Positions 46,185-56,089 of a DNA stretch of 64,000 nucleotides are shown one piece after another; positions within the stretch are counted from its first letter, which is position 1, and each line of letters opens with the position of its first letter. The stretch is from Candidatus Woesearchaeota archaeon (lineage in GTDB: Archaea > Nanobdellota > Nanobdellia > Pacearchaeales > GW2011-AR1): NCBI GenBank assembly GCA_964467035.1, contig CAYXNX010000003.1, forward strand, positions 21,252-85,251, read 5' to 3'. Below the pieces are notes generated by a model that had not been told where the DNA came from, searched no databases, and worked only from the letters and a program-made list of their open reading frames with translations. A program made the translations under genes and the position numbers.

Positions 46185-46313
46185 TATTATATTCGTTTTT
46201 CCCAGTAAAAACCTGGGCCAAAGTGAAACGGTTTTTGCGAAGGAAGCACCATTAGTTAAAAGAATAAAGGGCAGGGATTCATTAATTTACTACTATTTAA
46301 TTACTATATAACA

Positions 46314-46328
46314 GAAACATTTATAAGG
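46314..46328 (+). promoter_or_regulatory. BRE/TATA-like box (gaaacatttataagg) 22-24 nt upstream of the ATG at 46350
   Basis: Read directly. Same element type as at 11188-11200. Confidence 0.45.
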
Positions 46329-46349
46329 TATTAAATTTCTCTAGATATT

Positions 46350-47342
46350 ATGGCAAATGAAACACACTATGGTGTAATATCTGATGTTCATCAAGACCCA
46401 GGAATAGTTCCAGCAACTATTGAAGTTTTGAAAAAATTGGGTGCAGAAAAACTTTTGATAAACGGGGATATTGGAAATCAGCAGAGAACTCTTGAAGATA
46501 GTAAAAATTATGTTGCTTTTATTCTTGATTCAATTGGAAAAAGTGGACTTGAATCTTATGTTCAGCCAGGAAGCCATGAAACACTACTTGCTTTTGGACC
46601 TGTAATGGATGCTTTTGCAGATAAATATTCAAATTTAATTGATGCAACAAAAACTCCAAAAGCAGAACAAAAAGGTCATAGTCTAATTTTCTTGCCAGGT
46701 TCAGATTTTCTTTGTGGTGGGGAATATCAAATCGGAAATCATGAACAAATTCCAAGTGGAAGATATATTCAAACTCAAAAAGGATTAATGCAATTTGAAG
46801 AATTTGGTCAATATGTTGGTGCTCTTCAACAAGGAATTGCTCAAGGAGCAATGCAATATGCCAACATGAATGATTTACGAAGATTGGTAAATGATTCAGA
46901 CAAAAGTATTGTTGTTTGTCATGTTCCAAGAAAATTTGACAATCCTGAATATGCAGTTGATATGGCTGAATTCGGAGAAGCAACAGAAAAATTTAATCTA
47001 AATGGTAATGATGTTGAGCAAGGTTCTGTATTTCCTCTGTCTGTTGCACAGCAGATTGTTCAAGCAGGTTATCCTGTTGAGATAAGACAAGAAAATAGAG
47101 GAAATAAGGATTTAAAATCATTATATGAAGAATTAGGAATAAATAAAGCAGTTAGTGGGCATTTCCATGAGAGTGGACACAGAGCAAATGACACTTATGG
47201 AAATCACGTTTCTGAAGGAAATTTAGTAACTGATTTATTTTGGAATTCTGGACATTTAGATACTGGACAAACAGGAATTTTGACAGTTGGAGACGGAAAA
47301 GTAGGTTATAGAAATATCCGTCTTGAAGAACATCTGAAATAG
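46350..47342 (+). CDS. calcineurin-like metallophosphoesterase (accessory ORF in island 2)
   Basis: ISDVHQD, INGDIGN, GSHE, CHVP and GHFHES motifs in canonical order. Confidence 0.7.
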   Translation: MANETHYGVISDVHQDPGIVPATIEVLKKLGAEKLLINGDIGNQQRTLEDSKNYVAFILDSIGKSGLESYVQPGSHETLLAFGPVMDAFADKYSNLIDATKTPKAEQKGHSLIFLPGSDFLCGGEYQIGNHEQIPSGRYIQTQKGLMQFEEFGQYVGALQQGIAQGAMQYANMNDLRRLVNDSDKSIVVCHVPRKFDNPEYAVDMAEFGEATEKFNLNGNDVEQGSVFPLSVAQQIVQAGYPVEIRQENRGNKDLKSLYEELGINKAVSGHFHESGHRANDTYGNHVSEGNLVTDLFWNSGHLDTGQTGILTVGDGKVGYRNIRLEEHLK

Positions 47343-47449
47343 AATCCCTGCCCCTTCTATATTTAGCCGATTTTTTTATTGAGTTTAACATCGTGATTAA
47401 GAGAAGTGGCAATCCCTCCAAAAATTTATCCTCTGGAACGAAGTGACTA

Positions 47450-47530
47450 GCTGAGGATTTTTTCAGAGCTGGGGCGAAATTTTGGGAAATCCCAAGCCGA
47501 AGGATTTCATCTTTATCCCCTGTTATCAGC
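47450..47530. repeat. Family B structured hairpin repeat, copy B2
   Basis: gctgagga ... gttatcagc outer boxes and ggaaatcc / ggatttc apical stem. 47457-47491 is identical to 28341-28375. Confidence 0.8.
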
Positions 47531-47681
47531 CCCGAGGGCTTTAGCCCGAGAACGCAGTGGGGCACGAAGTGAGTTCGAGACGCCTCTTTTTTGTATTTTG
47601 AAATAATATTTTTTTGGGTGGGCTATGTATTAGAGAAGGCACTTTCGTTAAGTTAATAAATAAAACAACTTTCCCATAATC

Positions 47682-48527
47682 ATGAAAAATTCAGATTTGC
47701 ATACACATAGTTATTATTCGGATGGAGATTTGCCTCCTTCAGAAGTTGTAAAATTAGCAAAACAAAAAGGAATAAAAAATTTAGCAATTGCAGACCACAA
47801 TTCTTTTGAAGGAGTTGCTGAAGCAGTTAAGGAAGGCAAAAAACAAGGAATTAATGTTATTCCTGCAATAGAAATTCGTGCAAAAGAAGATGAGGTTTTG
47901 GGCTACTTTATTGATTACCAAAATGAAAATTTTAAAAAAGAGGTAGAGAAAATTCAAGAAAACCTCATCGACAGAGTTAAAAAAATAATTTTAAAATTAA
48001 ACAAAAAAGGAATAGATGTTAGTTTTGAAGATTTGCTTAAAACATATCATCCAAACAGAAATTTCATGGAGATTCATCTTATAAAATATTTGAAATCTAT
48101 TGGCTTGGGAGATATTAGAGAATTATGGCCAAAATATATTTCAAAAGAAGGGGAAACTTATGTTCCTGTTGAAGAAATTTCTATTTTAGATGCAATAAAA
48201 TTAATCAAAAAATATGGTGGCGTTCCTGTTTTGGCTCATCCGTGGGTAGAGTTAAGTTCAAAAGAATTGTTAAAAGAAGAAAATTTTAAGGAGTTGGTTA
48301 AAGCGGGATTAAAAGGAATAGAAATAGATAATGGCGATAGGGATGACAGAAGAGATGAGCAAACATTAAAGAAAATTAAAGAATTAGCAGAAAAGTATAA
48401 TCTTATCATCACTTCTGGTAGTGATTTTCATGGGGATTATTTAGTTCAAGCTACAAAATGTCATGGACTTGGAGATTATAATTGTGATGAGAAAGTTGTT
48501 GAAGAATTGAAAAAAGCAAAAGAGTAG
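47682..48527 (+). CDS. PHP-domain phosphoesterase (accessory ORF in island 2)
   Basis: DLHTHSYYSDG, IADHNS, the LAHP-type histidine, and SGSDFHG. Confidence 0.8.
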   Translation: MKNSDLHTHSYYSDGDLPPSEVVKLAKQKGIKNLAIADHNSFEGVAEAVKEGKKQGINVIPAIEIRAKEDEVLGYFIDYQNENFKKEVEKIQENLIDRVKKIILKLNKKGIDVSFEDLLKTYHPNRNFMEIHLIKYLKSIGLGDIRELWPKYISKEGETYVPVEEISILDAIKLIKKYGGVPVLAHPWVELSSKELLKEENFKELVKAGLKGIEIDNGDRDDRRDEQTLKKIKELAEKYNLIITSGSDFHGDYLVQATKCHGLGDYNCDEKVVEELKKAKE

Positions 48528-48563
48528 AAAGTGCCTTCTCCTATTGGGTGAGAGAAAAAATCT

Positions 48564-48585
48564 GATTTCCTATTTCTGTATTAAC
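48564..48585. repeat. Family B right-arm-only copy (half site)
   Basis: gatttcctatttctgtattaac resembles the right arm gatttcctctttatcttctgttcaac of copy B1. No matching left arm. Confidence 0.5.
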
Positions 48586-48630
48586 TCTAACTTGTAGGCA
48601 TTCTCAAAAATTGAAACTAACAAGACGGAC

Positions 48631-50256
48631 CTACTTATTCAGAATTTCGTCAAGATTAATTTCCATAAAAGAAACAGGCATCTTGATTTTATAATTGCTT
48701 AATAACTTTGGATGAACCTCTCCAAAATAACCTAAAGAAACATCTCCATAAAACACCTCCCCCACTCTTCCCGGGATAAATTTATCCAGCTCTTCTAAAG
48801 GCTCTTTTACTTTTAATTCAACACCCAACATTCTCCCAAAATAATCAATAATTTGCTTTAATTTAGTAAAATTTCCTGGTGCAATAGCAATCATCAAATT
48901 CAAATTTTCCTCTACTTTGGTTTCAAATTTTTCATTTTTGTTAAAAACTTTTCCAATTTCAAAAATCTCTTGAGGGTATGAAACATCAACATTTTCTCCC
49001 AAAATTCTCATAGCAGGAATAAAAAGATTAGGCCTCAAATATTTATACTCTGTTTTAGAACCTTCAACTTCTATAAGATTTTCAAATTTGTTTTTCTTAC
49101 CTTCTGAATCTTTAATTAAGTGATAAGAAGAAACCTCTAATAAATTAGCTCCTACAAGTATTGATGAAACTAACGATTGAAATTCAGATTCTTTAGATTG
49201 TTTTCCAATAGTTGATATGTTTGGAATCTCAGGAGAAATTTTATCATACCCATAAGCAATTGCAATTTCTTCTATCAAATCCACCTCGTGCAAAATATCA
49301 ACTCTCCAGGGAGCTATTTCCACTTTGCCTTTATAATAATTATGTCCCATCTTTTTAATTAAATTTTCAATTTCTTTTTCCTTAAGCTTTAAACCCAACA
49401 AATTATTAACCTTTTCAGTTGACAAATCAATTTTTTCAGGTTTAAAATCTGGCAATTTTTCAGATTTAGAATATTTAACATCACACTGATAAATTTCTCC
49501 CCCCATCCCAGCCAAAGTCGCAACAACAATATTCAAACACTTTTTCAAAGTTTCAAAATCAGCTCCAGAACACTCAATAAAAACCTCCTCAGTTTCTTCA
49601 GAAATCTTCCCAGTTCTATGGGAATTAATAATTGGAGGCATACTTAAAATCTCTTTATTCGCATCAATAAAAATAGGGTATTTTTCAAAACCCTGTAACA
49701 AATCCCCGTATTCTCTTCCCGCAGGATGTTGTGACAAAATTTGCCTTCCATTTATTTCTTTAGGAAATTCCAATGGTTGAAATTTAATCTTATCCGGAAA
49801 CTCAGCTTTGTAAGTTATAGGAAATTTAATTTTCTCCAAAGGATAAATTCCAATCGCTAATTTCTTTCTCTTTCTTCCCAAAGTGTTATGCAATTTTTCC
49901 TGAATGTCAACTATTTCTTTAATTTTTTCATCACTAAATTTTAAATTTTTCACAACAGCACATGCAGTAAAAGGTCTAACTTCCTTAACAGAATTATCAA
50001 TCCGAACCTTATAATTGCTTTTCTTAATATTGTATTCTCTAATTCCCCCCTTACTTTTACCCAAAAACTGCTTAAAACTCGCTATATAATTCTGAAAACT
50101 CAAAAGATCTGGCCGATTCGGAAAAATTTCAATCTCAACTTCTTTATTATCGATTCTTTCCAAGGAAGTCCCAAATAAAGAAATTTTTTCAATAATCTCG
50201 TCGCTAAGTTTAACACTTTTTTCAAATTCTTCTCTTGGAAAAATTACATTTGCCAT
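48631..50256 (-). CDS. pheT: phenylalanine--tRNA ligase beta subunit (archaeal type)
   Basis: Archaeal PheT architecture (B3/4 and B5 domains). IFPNRPDLLS. Adjacent to pheS with a 1-nt overlap. Confidence 0.9.
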   Translation of the reverse strand: MANVIFPREEFEKSVKLSDEIIEKISLFGTSLERIDNKEVEIEIFPNRPDLLSFQNYIASFKQFLGKSKGGIREYNIKKSNYKVRIDNSVKEVRPFTACAVVKNLKFSDEKIKEIVDIQEKLHNTLGRKRKKLAIGIYPLEKIKFPITYKAEFPDKIKFQPLEFPKEINGRQILSQHPAGREYGDLLQGFEKYPIFIDANKEILSMPPIINSHRTGKISEETEEVFIECSGADFETLKKCLNIVVATLAGMGGEIYQCDVKYSKSEKLPDFKPEKIDLSTEKVNNLLGLKLKEKEIENLIKKMGHNYYKGKVEIAPWRVDILHEVDLIEEIAIAYGYDKISPEIPNISTIGKQSKESEFQSLVSSILVGANLLEVSSYHLIKDSEGKKNKFENLIEVEGSKTEYKYLRPNLFIPAMRILGENVDVSYPQEIFEIGKVFNKNEKFETKVEENLNLMIAIAPGNFTKLKQIIDYFGRMLGVELKVKEPLEELDKFIPGRVGEVFYGDVSLGYFGEVHPKLLSNYKIKMPVSFMEINLDEILNK

Positions 50257-51776
50257 TATTTACTCCAAAATTTAATCTCTCTTAATTGTTTAATATCGTT
50301 TTCATATAATTTCCTCAAATCATTTATTTGATAAATCCCCATCATCATTCTATCAAAACCAGGTCCCCAAGCCAATACTGGCATACTAATACCCAACAAG
50401 GGCTTAGTAACTTCTGGTCTAAAAATTCCTGCAGCAATCATCTCAACCCACTCTTGCTTTTTTTCATTCCAGACTACTCCTTCCACACTTGGCTCTGTAT
50501 AAGGAAAGTAAGCTGGCTGAAACCTAACTTTTTCATAACCCATTTTCTTCGCAAACTCTTTCAAATAACCAAACAACTGTCTCAAATTCGCATTAGGATC
50601 AACAACAATTCCTTCTGTTTGATTAAATTCAAAACCATGACTCCAATCAACTGTTTCATTTCTAAAATTTTTACCAATTGCAAAAAACTTTTTTGGAATA
50701 TCTTCTTTTTTTAAGTTATAAAGAGTTTGAGCTGATAAACAAGTTGTATGGGTTCTAATTAAAACTTTTTTAGCATTTTCTTCACTCCATTTATAACCCC
50801 AACCCTTACTTCCTCCAACCCCTGATTCGTGAGCTTTTTTAACTTCATTAACAACTTTTTTTTCAGGAAGATTTGCTTCTAAATCCTTAATAAAAAATGT
50901 ATCCTGTAATTCTCTAACAGGATGGTCTTGTGCTGTAAACAAAGCATCAAAATTCCAAAAAGAACTTTGGACAAAATTGCCAGTCATTTCTTCAAAACCC
51001 ATTTCAGTCCAAATTTTCCTCCCATAATCAATTGCTTGATTAACAAAATGTTTTTTCCCTCCACTTATCTTAGGAACAGGAGAAACAACATCATATCTCC
51101 GAAATTTCTTTCCTTTCCAACTACCTTTTTGAATCATCTCACTTGTAATCTCCTCAACCAAATTTTCAGTATAAGTTAAATCCTTTTTTCCAAGTTCTTT
51201 TCCCAAATTTGTAATTTCATAATTAACAACCTGTCTTTCCTCAATATAAACAATATCTTTTCTTTCCTTTAAAGATTCAAAAGCAAACTTTTCTTCAGCT
51301 TCCAATTCTTCCAAAGGTTTAGGAAGTTTTTCTAAAATTTGTTCTTCCAAAGATTTTTTAGTAATTTCCTCCTTATTTCCAGTAAGAATCAAAGTCCCAT
51401 TTTTAATATCTAACAAAGCTTTTTTCTTCAAAGCTCCAAGAGCTGCCTTAAACTCATTTTTGGTCAGTTTAGATTTTTTTTCTGCTTCCTGAATTGAAAA
51501 ATTACCTTGTTCTAAAAGATGGATTAATTGTCTTTCAGGAAGCCCCTTTCTTACATAATAAATTCCATTAGTTCCCAACTCTACAATTTTCTTTTTTTCA
51601 ATATTTAAATCAATAATTTTTTTAGAATTCAAAAACTCCAAAGCTCTTAAAACTGAAACTTTATCAAGCTTTGATTTTTCAATAAGCACATCAATATCTT
51701 TTTCTCCAATAAAGGGAACTATTTTTCGTTCAATAGGGGATAAAGATTCTACTAGTTTATCTAAATTCTTTTCCAT
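50256..51776 (-). CDS. pheS: phenylalanine--tRNA ligase alpha subunit (archaeal type)
   Basis: Class II motifs (HPVRELQDTFF, FRNE, GFDR) after N-terminal wHTH repeats. Confidence 0.9.
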   Translation of the reverse strand: MEKNLDKLVESLSPIERKIVPFIGEKDIDVLIEKSKLDKVSVLRALEFLNSKKIIDLNIEKKKIVELGTNGIYYVRKGLPERQLIHLLEQGNFSIQEAEKKSKLTKNEFKAALGALKKKALLDIKNGTLILTGNKEEITKKSLEEQILEKLPKPLEELEAEEKFAFESLKERKDIVYIEERQVVNYEITNLGKELGKKDLTYTENLVEEITSEMIQKGSWKGKKFRRYDVVSPVPKISGGKKHFVNQAIDYGRKIWTEMGFEEMTGNFVQSSFWNFDALFTAQDHPVRELQDTFFIKDLEANLPEKKVVNEVKKAHESGVGGSKGWGYKWSEENAKKVLIRTHTTCLSAQTLYNLKKEDIPKKFFAIGKNFRNETVDWSHGFEFNQTEGIVVDPNANLRQLFGYLKEFAKKMGYEKVRFQPAYFPYTEPSVEGVVWNEKKQEWVEMIAAGIFRPEVTKPLLGISMPVLAWGPGFDRMMMGIYQINDLRKLYENDIKQLREIKFWSK

Positions 51777-51811
51777 TATTAAGTTTAGAATAAAGCATTA
51801 ATAAAAGTTTT

Positions 51812-53512
51812 CTATAATCTTTCCCAAATTTCTTCCCCCACCTTTTGAGTAAAATTCTCAACATTTTCTTGCTCAATTTTTTTACTCCCTCTTCTCCTAA
51901 CAGCCAAACTCTCATTCTCCTCCTCTTTATCCCCGATAACAATTATGTAGGGAATTTTTTGAATTTCAGCTTCCCGAATTTTTCCACCCAAAGGCACAGA
52001 TTCAAAATCTTTATCAACTCTCATATGAGGAATCTCTTTTTTTAATTTTTCAATAACTTTTTCACAATACTCTATATTCCTATCTGTATAATTAATCACC
52101 CTTACTTGCACAGGAGCTAACCATGTTGGAAGTGCTCCCCTAGTATGTTCCAATAAAATACCTATAAATCTTTCAAAACTTCCATAAATTACCCTATGTA
52201 ACATAATTGGTCTTTGTTTTTTATCATTCTTATCATTAAAATTTAAATCAAATCTTTCAGGTAAGGAAAAATCTAATTGAATCGTTGATAATTGCCAAGT
52301 TCTTTTTTGCGAATCCTTAACATGAAAGTCAATTTTTGGACCATAAAAAGCTCCATCTCCTTTGTTAATTTTATATTTCATTTTCAAATCTTTCAAAGTT
52401 TTTTCTAAAATTTTTTCAGCCATATCCCAATTTTTATCACTCCCAATTCTTTTTTCAGGTCTTGTAGAAAGTTCAACATGGTCAAATTCTAAATCAAATT
52501 TATTATAAAATTTATTAATAAGATTTACCAAATCTTTAAGTTCAGATTCAACTTGTTTTTCATTTGCACAAAAAATATGTGCATCATCTTGAGTAAATTG
52601 AACAGCCCTGAATAATCCCGACAGTACTCCTGAAAGTTCAGTTCTATGAACAACCCCTATTTCCCCCATCCTTAAAGGCAAATCTTTATAAGATTTTGAA
52701 GAATTTTTATAAACCAACATTCCTCCAGGACAATTCATTGGTTTAACTAAAAAAGGTTTATTTTCATAAGAAGTAATAAAATTATTTTCTTTATATTTAT
52801 CCCAATGTCCTGAAACTTTCCAAAGTTTTGATTCCATAATTTGGGGTGTTTGAATTAATTTATAGTTTTCTTTTTTATGCTCTTCTTTCCAATAATCTTT
52901 AAGTTCTTCAAAAATTGTCAATCCTTTATCATGCCAAAAAACCATTCCTGGAGCAACTTCGGAAAAAGAAAATAAATCCATTTTTTGACCCAAAATCCTA
53001 TGGTCATTTTCTTTTAGCTTACTAGTGTCTAATCTTTGTTTACCAATTTCTCTTAAAATTTGCTTAATATTCACATTTTCTTCACTCTCTTCCTTCTCAT
53101 TTTTAATCTCTCTAGACAACTCTGACAACGGATGCCCTTTAACCTTTAATTCAAATTCTTTATAATACCCAAAAGGTGCTTTTTCAACTTTTTTAAAAAT
53201 CTTTTTTAACTTTTCCTTCACTTCATCTAAAATCTCCATTGCAATTTCAGGTTTAGCCAAACTAGAAGACAAATGAGCATAAGGATATAAAACAATATTT
53301 TCAGCTTTAACTTGGGAAGCAATTTCTTCAATTGATTCAACAAACTTCTCAACTAAATCTTTTGAATCACTTTCTTCAATAGCAGTTAAAACCACCAAAG
53401 GCTCTTCAATATATTTTTCTTTTTCTTCACCTTTTTTAAGTTCAATAGATTTCAAAGCTTTTTTCAAAGGTTTAAATTTGATATAATCGCTGTGTAAGGT
53501 AATATATTTCAT
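51812..53512 (-). CDS. thrS: threonine--tRNA ligase with archaeal N-terminal editing domain
   Basis: Class II catalytic core (FWHDKG, RTELSG, QFTQDDAHIF) and anticodon-binding domain. The N-terminal ~140 aa is the DTD-like archaeal editing type. Confidence 0.9.
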   Translation of the reverse strand: MKYITLHSDYIKFKPLKKALKSIELKKGEEKEKYIEEPLVVLTAIEESDSKDLVEKFVESIEEIASQVKAENIVLYPYAHLSSSLAKPEIAMEILDEVKEKLKKIFKKVEKAPFGYYKEFELKVKGHPLSELSREIKNEKEESEENVNIKQILREIGKQRLDTSKLKENDHRILGQKMDLFSFSEVAPGMVFWHDKGLTIFEELKDYWKEEHKKENYKLIQTPQIMESKLWKVSGHWDKYKENNFITSYENKPFLVKPMNCPGGMLVYKNSSKSYKDLPLRMGEIGVVHRTELSGVLSGLFRAVQFTQDDAHIFCANEKQVESELKDLVNLINKFYNKFDLEFDHVELSTRPEKRIGSDKNWDMAEKILEKTLKDLKMKYKINKGDGAFYGPKIDFHVKDSQKRTWQLSTIQLDFSLPERFDLNFNDKNDKKQRPIMLHRVIYGSFERFIGILLEHTRGALPTWLAPVQVRVINYTDRNIEYCEKVIEKLKKEIPHMRVDKDFESVPLGGKIREAEIQKIPYIIVIGDKEEENESLAVRRRGSKKIEQENVENFTQKVGEEIWERL

Positions 53513-53767
53513 AATTTATTTAGAAATTCTAATTATTTAAATGTTGCTTGGATTAATTATTTACAAACTTCCTTTATTCAAAACTAACTTTCTACTCAAT
53601 AAGTCCTCTTTTCCCATCCTCAAAACCTACATAAATTCCTCTTTCTTCATTCCCAGCCCCTCAAATTACTAACTTATGAGTAATAACATATAGAAAGATT
53701 TATAAACTACGAAATTACATTATTTTATTGTCCAAATTTTTTCACAATTAAATTAACAGTCGTTAAA

Positions 53768-54694
53768 ATGAAATCAATAAGAAATGCTTTAGAAACTGTT
53801 GCAACTCTACCTTACATAGTTGCACAAGGACTAAAACAAGAATGTAAAACTCCGGAACTTCCAACAAGACGCGAATTCTTAGCTTATACTCTCACAGGAA
53901 TTTTAGGAGCTTCAAGTGTTTTAGTAGCAAGAGATTACAATAAAAACAGGGAAAAAACTAATGAACTTCAAAAAAAATCCAATTATTTAGATGACCAAAT
54001 TGATAAAGTTGAAGAACAAATTGAAATCAAAAGAGAAAAACAAAAACAAAAACATTTGGAACAAAAATACAGAGAATGTTTAAATCAAGAAAAGGCTGAA
54101 AAAGAATTCCAAGAATATCAAAAACAACAAGCAGAATTACAACAAGAATGGAAAATGGCAAAAAACGCTTTAGAAGCGCCAGGAAAAATTCCTTTTGGAA
54201 CAAATACAACTGTGGATTTAGCAAGACTTTTGCGTTGTGAAGCAGGAGAATTTTATTATGATGAAAATAAATTAACTTTTTTTTCAAGCACTGTTTTAAG
54301 AAGAGCGCAAATAGCAAATGTGCCAATAAAAGATGTAATTTTTGATGCAAAAACATACTCGAATGGAAGGGTTGTCCACGCTTACAGTTGCCTAAATGAA
54401 TTTGACGGAAATCATGCTCTTTTCATAAATCCATTACAAGGAAAGAATGAAACTGAAAGAATCCTAAACAAACAAGCTTGGGAGGCAATATACCAACATG
54501 CTCAAAAAACTCTTTCAAAAGCAAAACCCCAATACAATATGGATTATTATTGGACAGAACCTTTGGTTCAAAAGCCTAGATGGGCAGACGATAACAAACA
54601 TCAAAAAACTATTCTATCAAGAGATGGAAGAAAAACACATTTTTACAATTTAGGAACATATACTCCTGCGGGAAAAAGTCCTTTAATTAATTAG
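53768..54694 (+). CDS. secreted protein with coiled coil and SleB-like cell-wall hydrolase domain
   Basis: TRREFLAYTL Tat-like N-terminus. LARLLRCEAGEF...STVLRRAQ resembles the Hydrolase_2 (SleB) signature. Confidence 0.45.
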   Translation: MKSIRNALETVATLPYIVAQGLKQECKTPELPTRREFLAYTLTGILGASSVLVARDYNKNREKTNELQKKSNYLDDQIDKVEEQIEIKREKQKQKHLEQKYRECLNQEKAEKEFQEYQKQQAELQQEWKMAKNALEAPGKIPFGTNTTVDLARLLRCEAGEFYYDENKLTFFSSTVLRRAQIANVPIKDVIFDAKTYSNGRVVHAYSCLNEFDGNHALFINPLQGKNETERILNKQAWEAIYQHAQKTLSKAKPQYNMDYYWTEPLVQKPRWADDNKHQKTILSRDGRKTHFYNLGTYTPAGKSPLIN

Positions 54695-54700
54695 TCAATA

Positions 54701-54976
54701 TTATAAAACATCTCCCAAATTGTAAACCTCGTTTTTTTCATCTAATTTTCTAACTTTAAATTTATATTCTTCCTCTCCAAAATCAGGAATTATTTTTTTA
54801 ACCCTATTAATGGCTGATTTTTCATCAGAATCCAAAACAATATAACTTCCTTCTTTTAAAATTCCTCTTTCTCTTCTCCTAGAACAAAAAGATTCATCAT
54901 TATATTCATAAACTACATAACTTTCAATTAGAAAACATTCTATACCTCTTTTAACCACTATACAAAAACTCCCCAA
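54701..54976 (-). CDS. hypothetical 91-aa protein
   Basis: ORF only. Overlaps the trpS 3' end by 26 nt. Confidence 0.3.
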   Translation of the reverse strand: MGSFCIVVKRGIECFLIESYVVYEYNDESFCSRRRERGILKEGSYIVLDSDEKSAINRVKKIIPDFGEEEYKFKVRKLDEKNEVYNLGDVL

Positions 54977-56045
54977 TTTTCTTCTTAGCTTTTTCTTTCT
55001 CTTTCCTATGTTGTTCTAAAAATTCATTAATTTTTTCAATTGTGTATTTTTTCAATTCTCCAGTGGATAAATTTCCTTTTTTATAATTTTCTTCCATTTC
55101 TTTCAATTTTTCATCATCTTTTTCAAAAAATATTTTCAAATATTGAAAAGAAACATCAATATCTGGATTTCCCCCTTTTTCTTTATGTTCTTTCATTGTA
55201 GCGCCTCCCCCAGAAAAAGCATATTTATTGATTTTATTTTTAACTTGTTTCTCGTCGTCTGAAAGAAAAATAACTCCTTCTTTAGAAGCACTCATTTTCA
55301 CACTTCCTTGAAGCGAAGGAATAAATTTAGCATGTAACGCTGTGGGTTTTTCAAAACCAAAAGATTTTGCAATATCTCTTGTCAATCTAATAAAAGGATC
55401 TTGATCAATCCCCACAGGCACCACAGTTTTTCCCTTGCCTTTTTCAAATTGAGGAAATAAAATATGTGCTGCTTGCATCGCAGGATAAAAACTCCAACCA
55501 ATGTTATTCTCAGATTTCAAACCAAAAATCGCCCTTGCTGTAGAATAATTAATCTTCTTCGCACATTGAGCTGCATATCTATAAATGCTAGTATACTTAA
55601 AATCTTGAAAAACAAATGTCTTTTTAGGATTAAAACCCAAAGCTATTAAATCCAAAATATTATCTTTAGAATATTCTAAAGCTTTTTCAAAACTTAAATC
55701 TTTTTTTACATAAAACTTCTCATCATCAGAAATAGGAATAAAAACATCACACCCAAATAAATCTTGCAAACTTTTGGCAACTAAAAATGGCACTAAATGC
55801 CCCAAATGCATTTTTTCACTTGGCCCTCTTCCAGTTAAAACATAAACTCTTTCTCCTTTTTCATAACTTTTCAACCACTTATCAAAATCTCTATGTGAAA
55901 AATAAATTTTCCTTCTAATTAAAGGGTGTGCTTTTGATAATTTTGCATAAATTTTTTCAGAAATTTTTGAAGTGCCAAACTCTTTCACAAGTTTATCATA
56001 ATCAATCTTTCCAGAAACCTCCCAAGGATTTACATTATTTGCCAT
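54951..56045 (-). CDS. trpS: tryptophan--tRNA ligase (archaeal/eukaryotic type)
   Basis: NPWEVSGKIDYDKLVKEFG N-terminus, HIGH-type MHLGHLVPF and KMSKS-type VKMSAS. Confidence 0.85.
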   Translation of the reverse strand: MANNVNPWEVSGKIDYDKLVKEFGTSKISEKIYAKLSKAHPLIRRKIYFSHRDFDKWLKSYEKGERVYVLTGRGPSEKMHLGHLVPFLVAKSLQDLFGCDVFIPISDDEKFYVKKDLSFEKALEYSKDNILDLIALGFNPKKTFVFQDFKYTSIYRYAAQCAKKINYSTARAIFGLKSENNIGWSFYPAMQAAHILFPQFEKGKGKTVVPVGIDQDPFIRLTRDIAKSFGFEKPTALHAKFIPSLQGSVKMSASKEGVIFLSDDEKQVKNKINKYAFSGGGATMKEHKEKGGNPDIDVSFQYLKIFFEKDDEKLKEMEENYKKGNLSTGELKKYTIEKINEFLEQHRKEKEKAKKKIGEFLYSG

Positions 56046-56089
56046 ACTTTTTCAAGGATAAACATATTTATAAAAGTTAGTAATAAAAA

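Noticed and set aside
46267-48540. Gene-flanking inverted repeats as terminal inverted repeats of a transposon or MITE
   Set aside because: The arm sequences of the two adjacent modules are unrelated to each other. No transposase and no target-site duplication are visible. TIRs of one family would share sequence.
51757-51942. 61-aa ORF bridging thrS and pheS
   Set aside because: It overlaps the thrS 3' end in another frame, is a basic low-complexity translation, and has no promoter.
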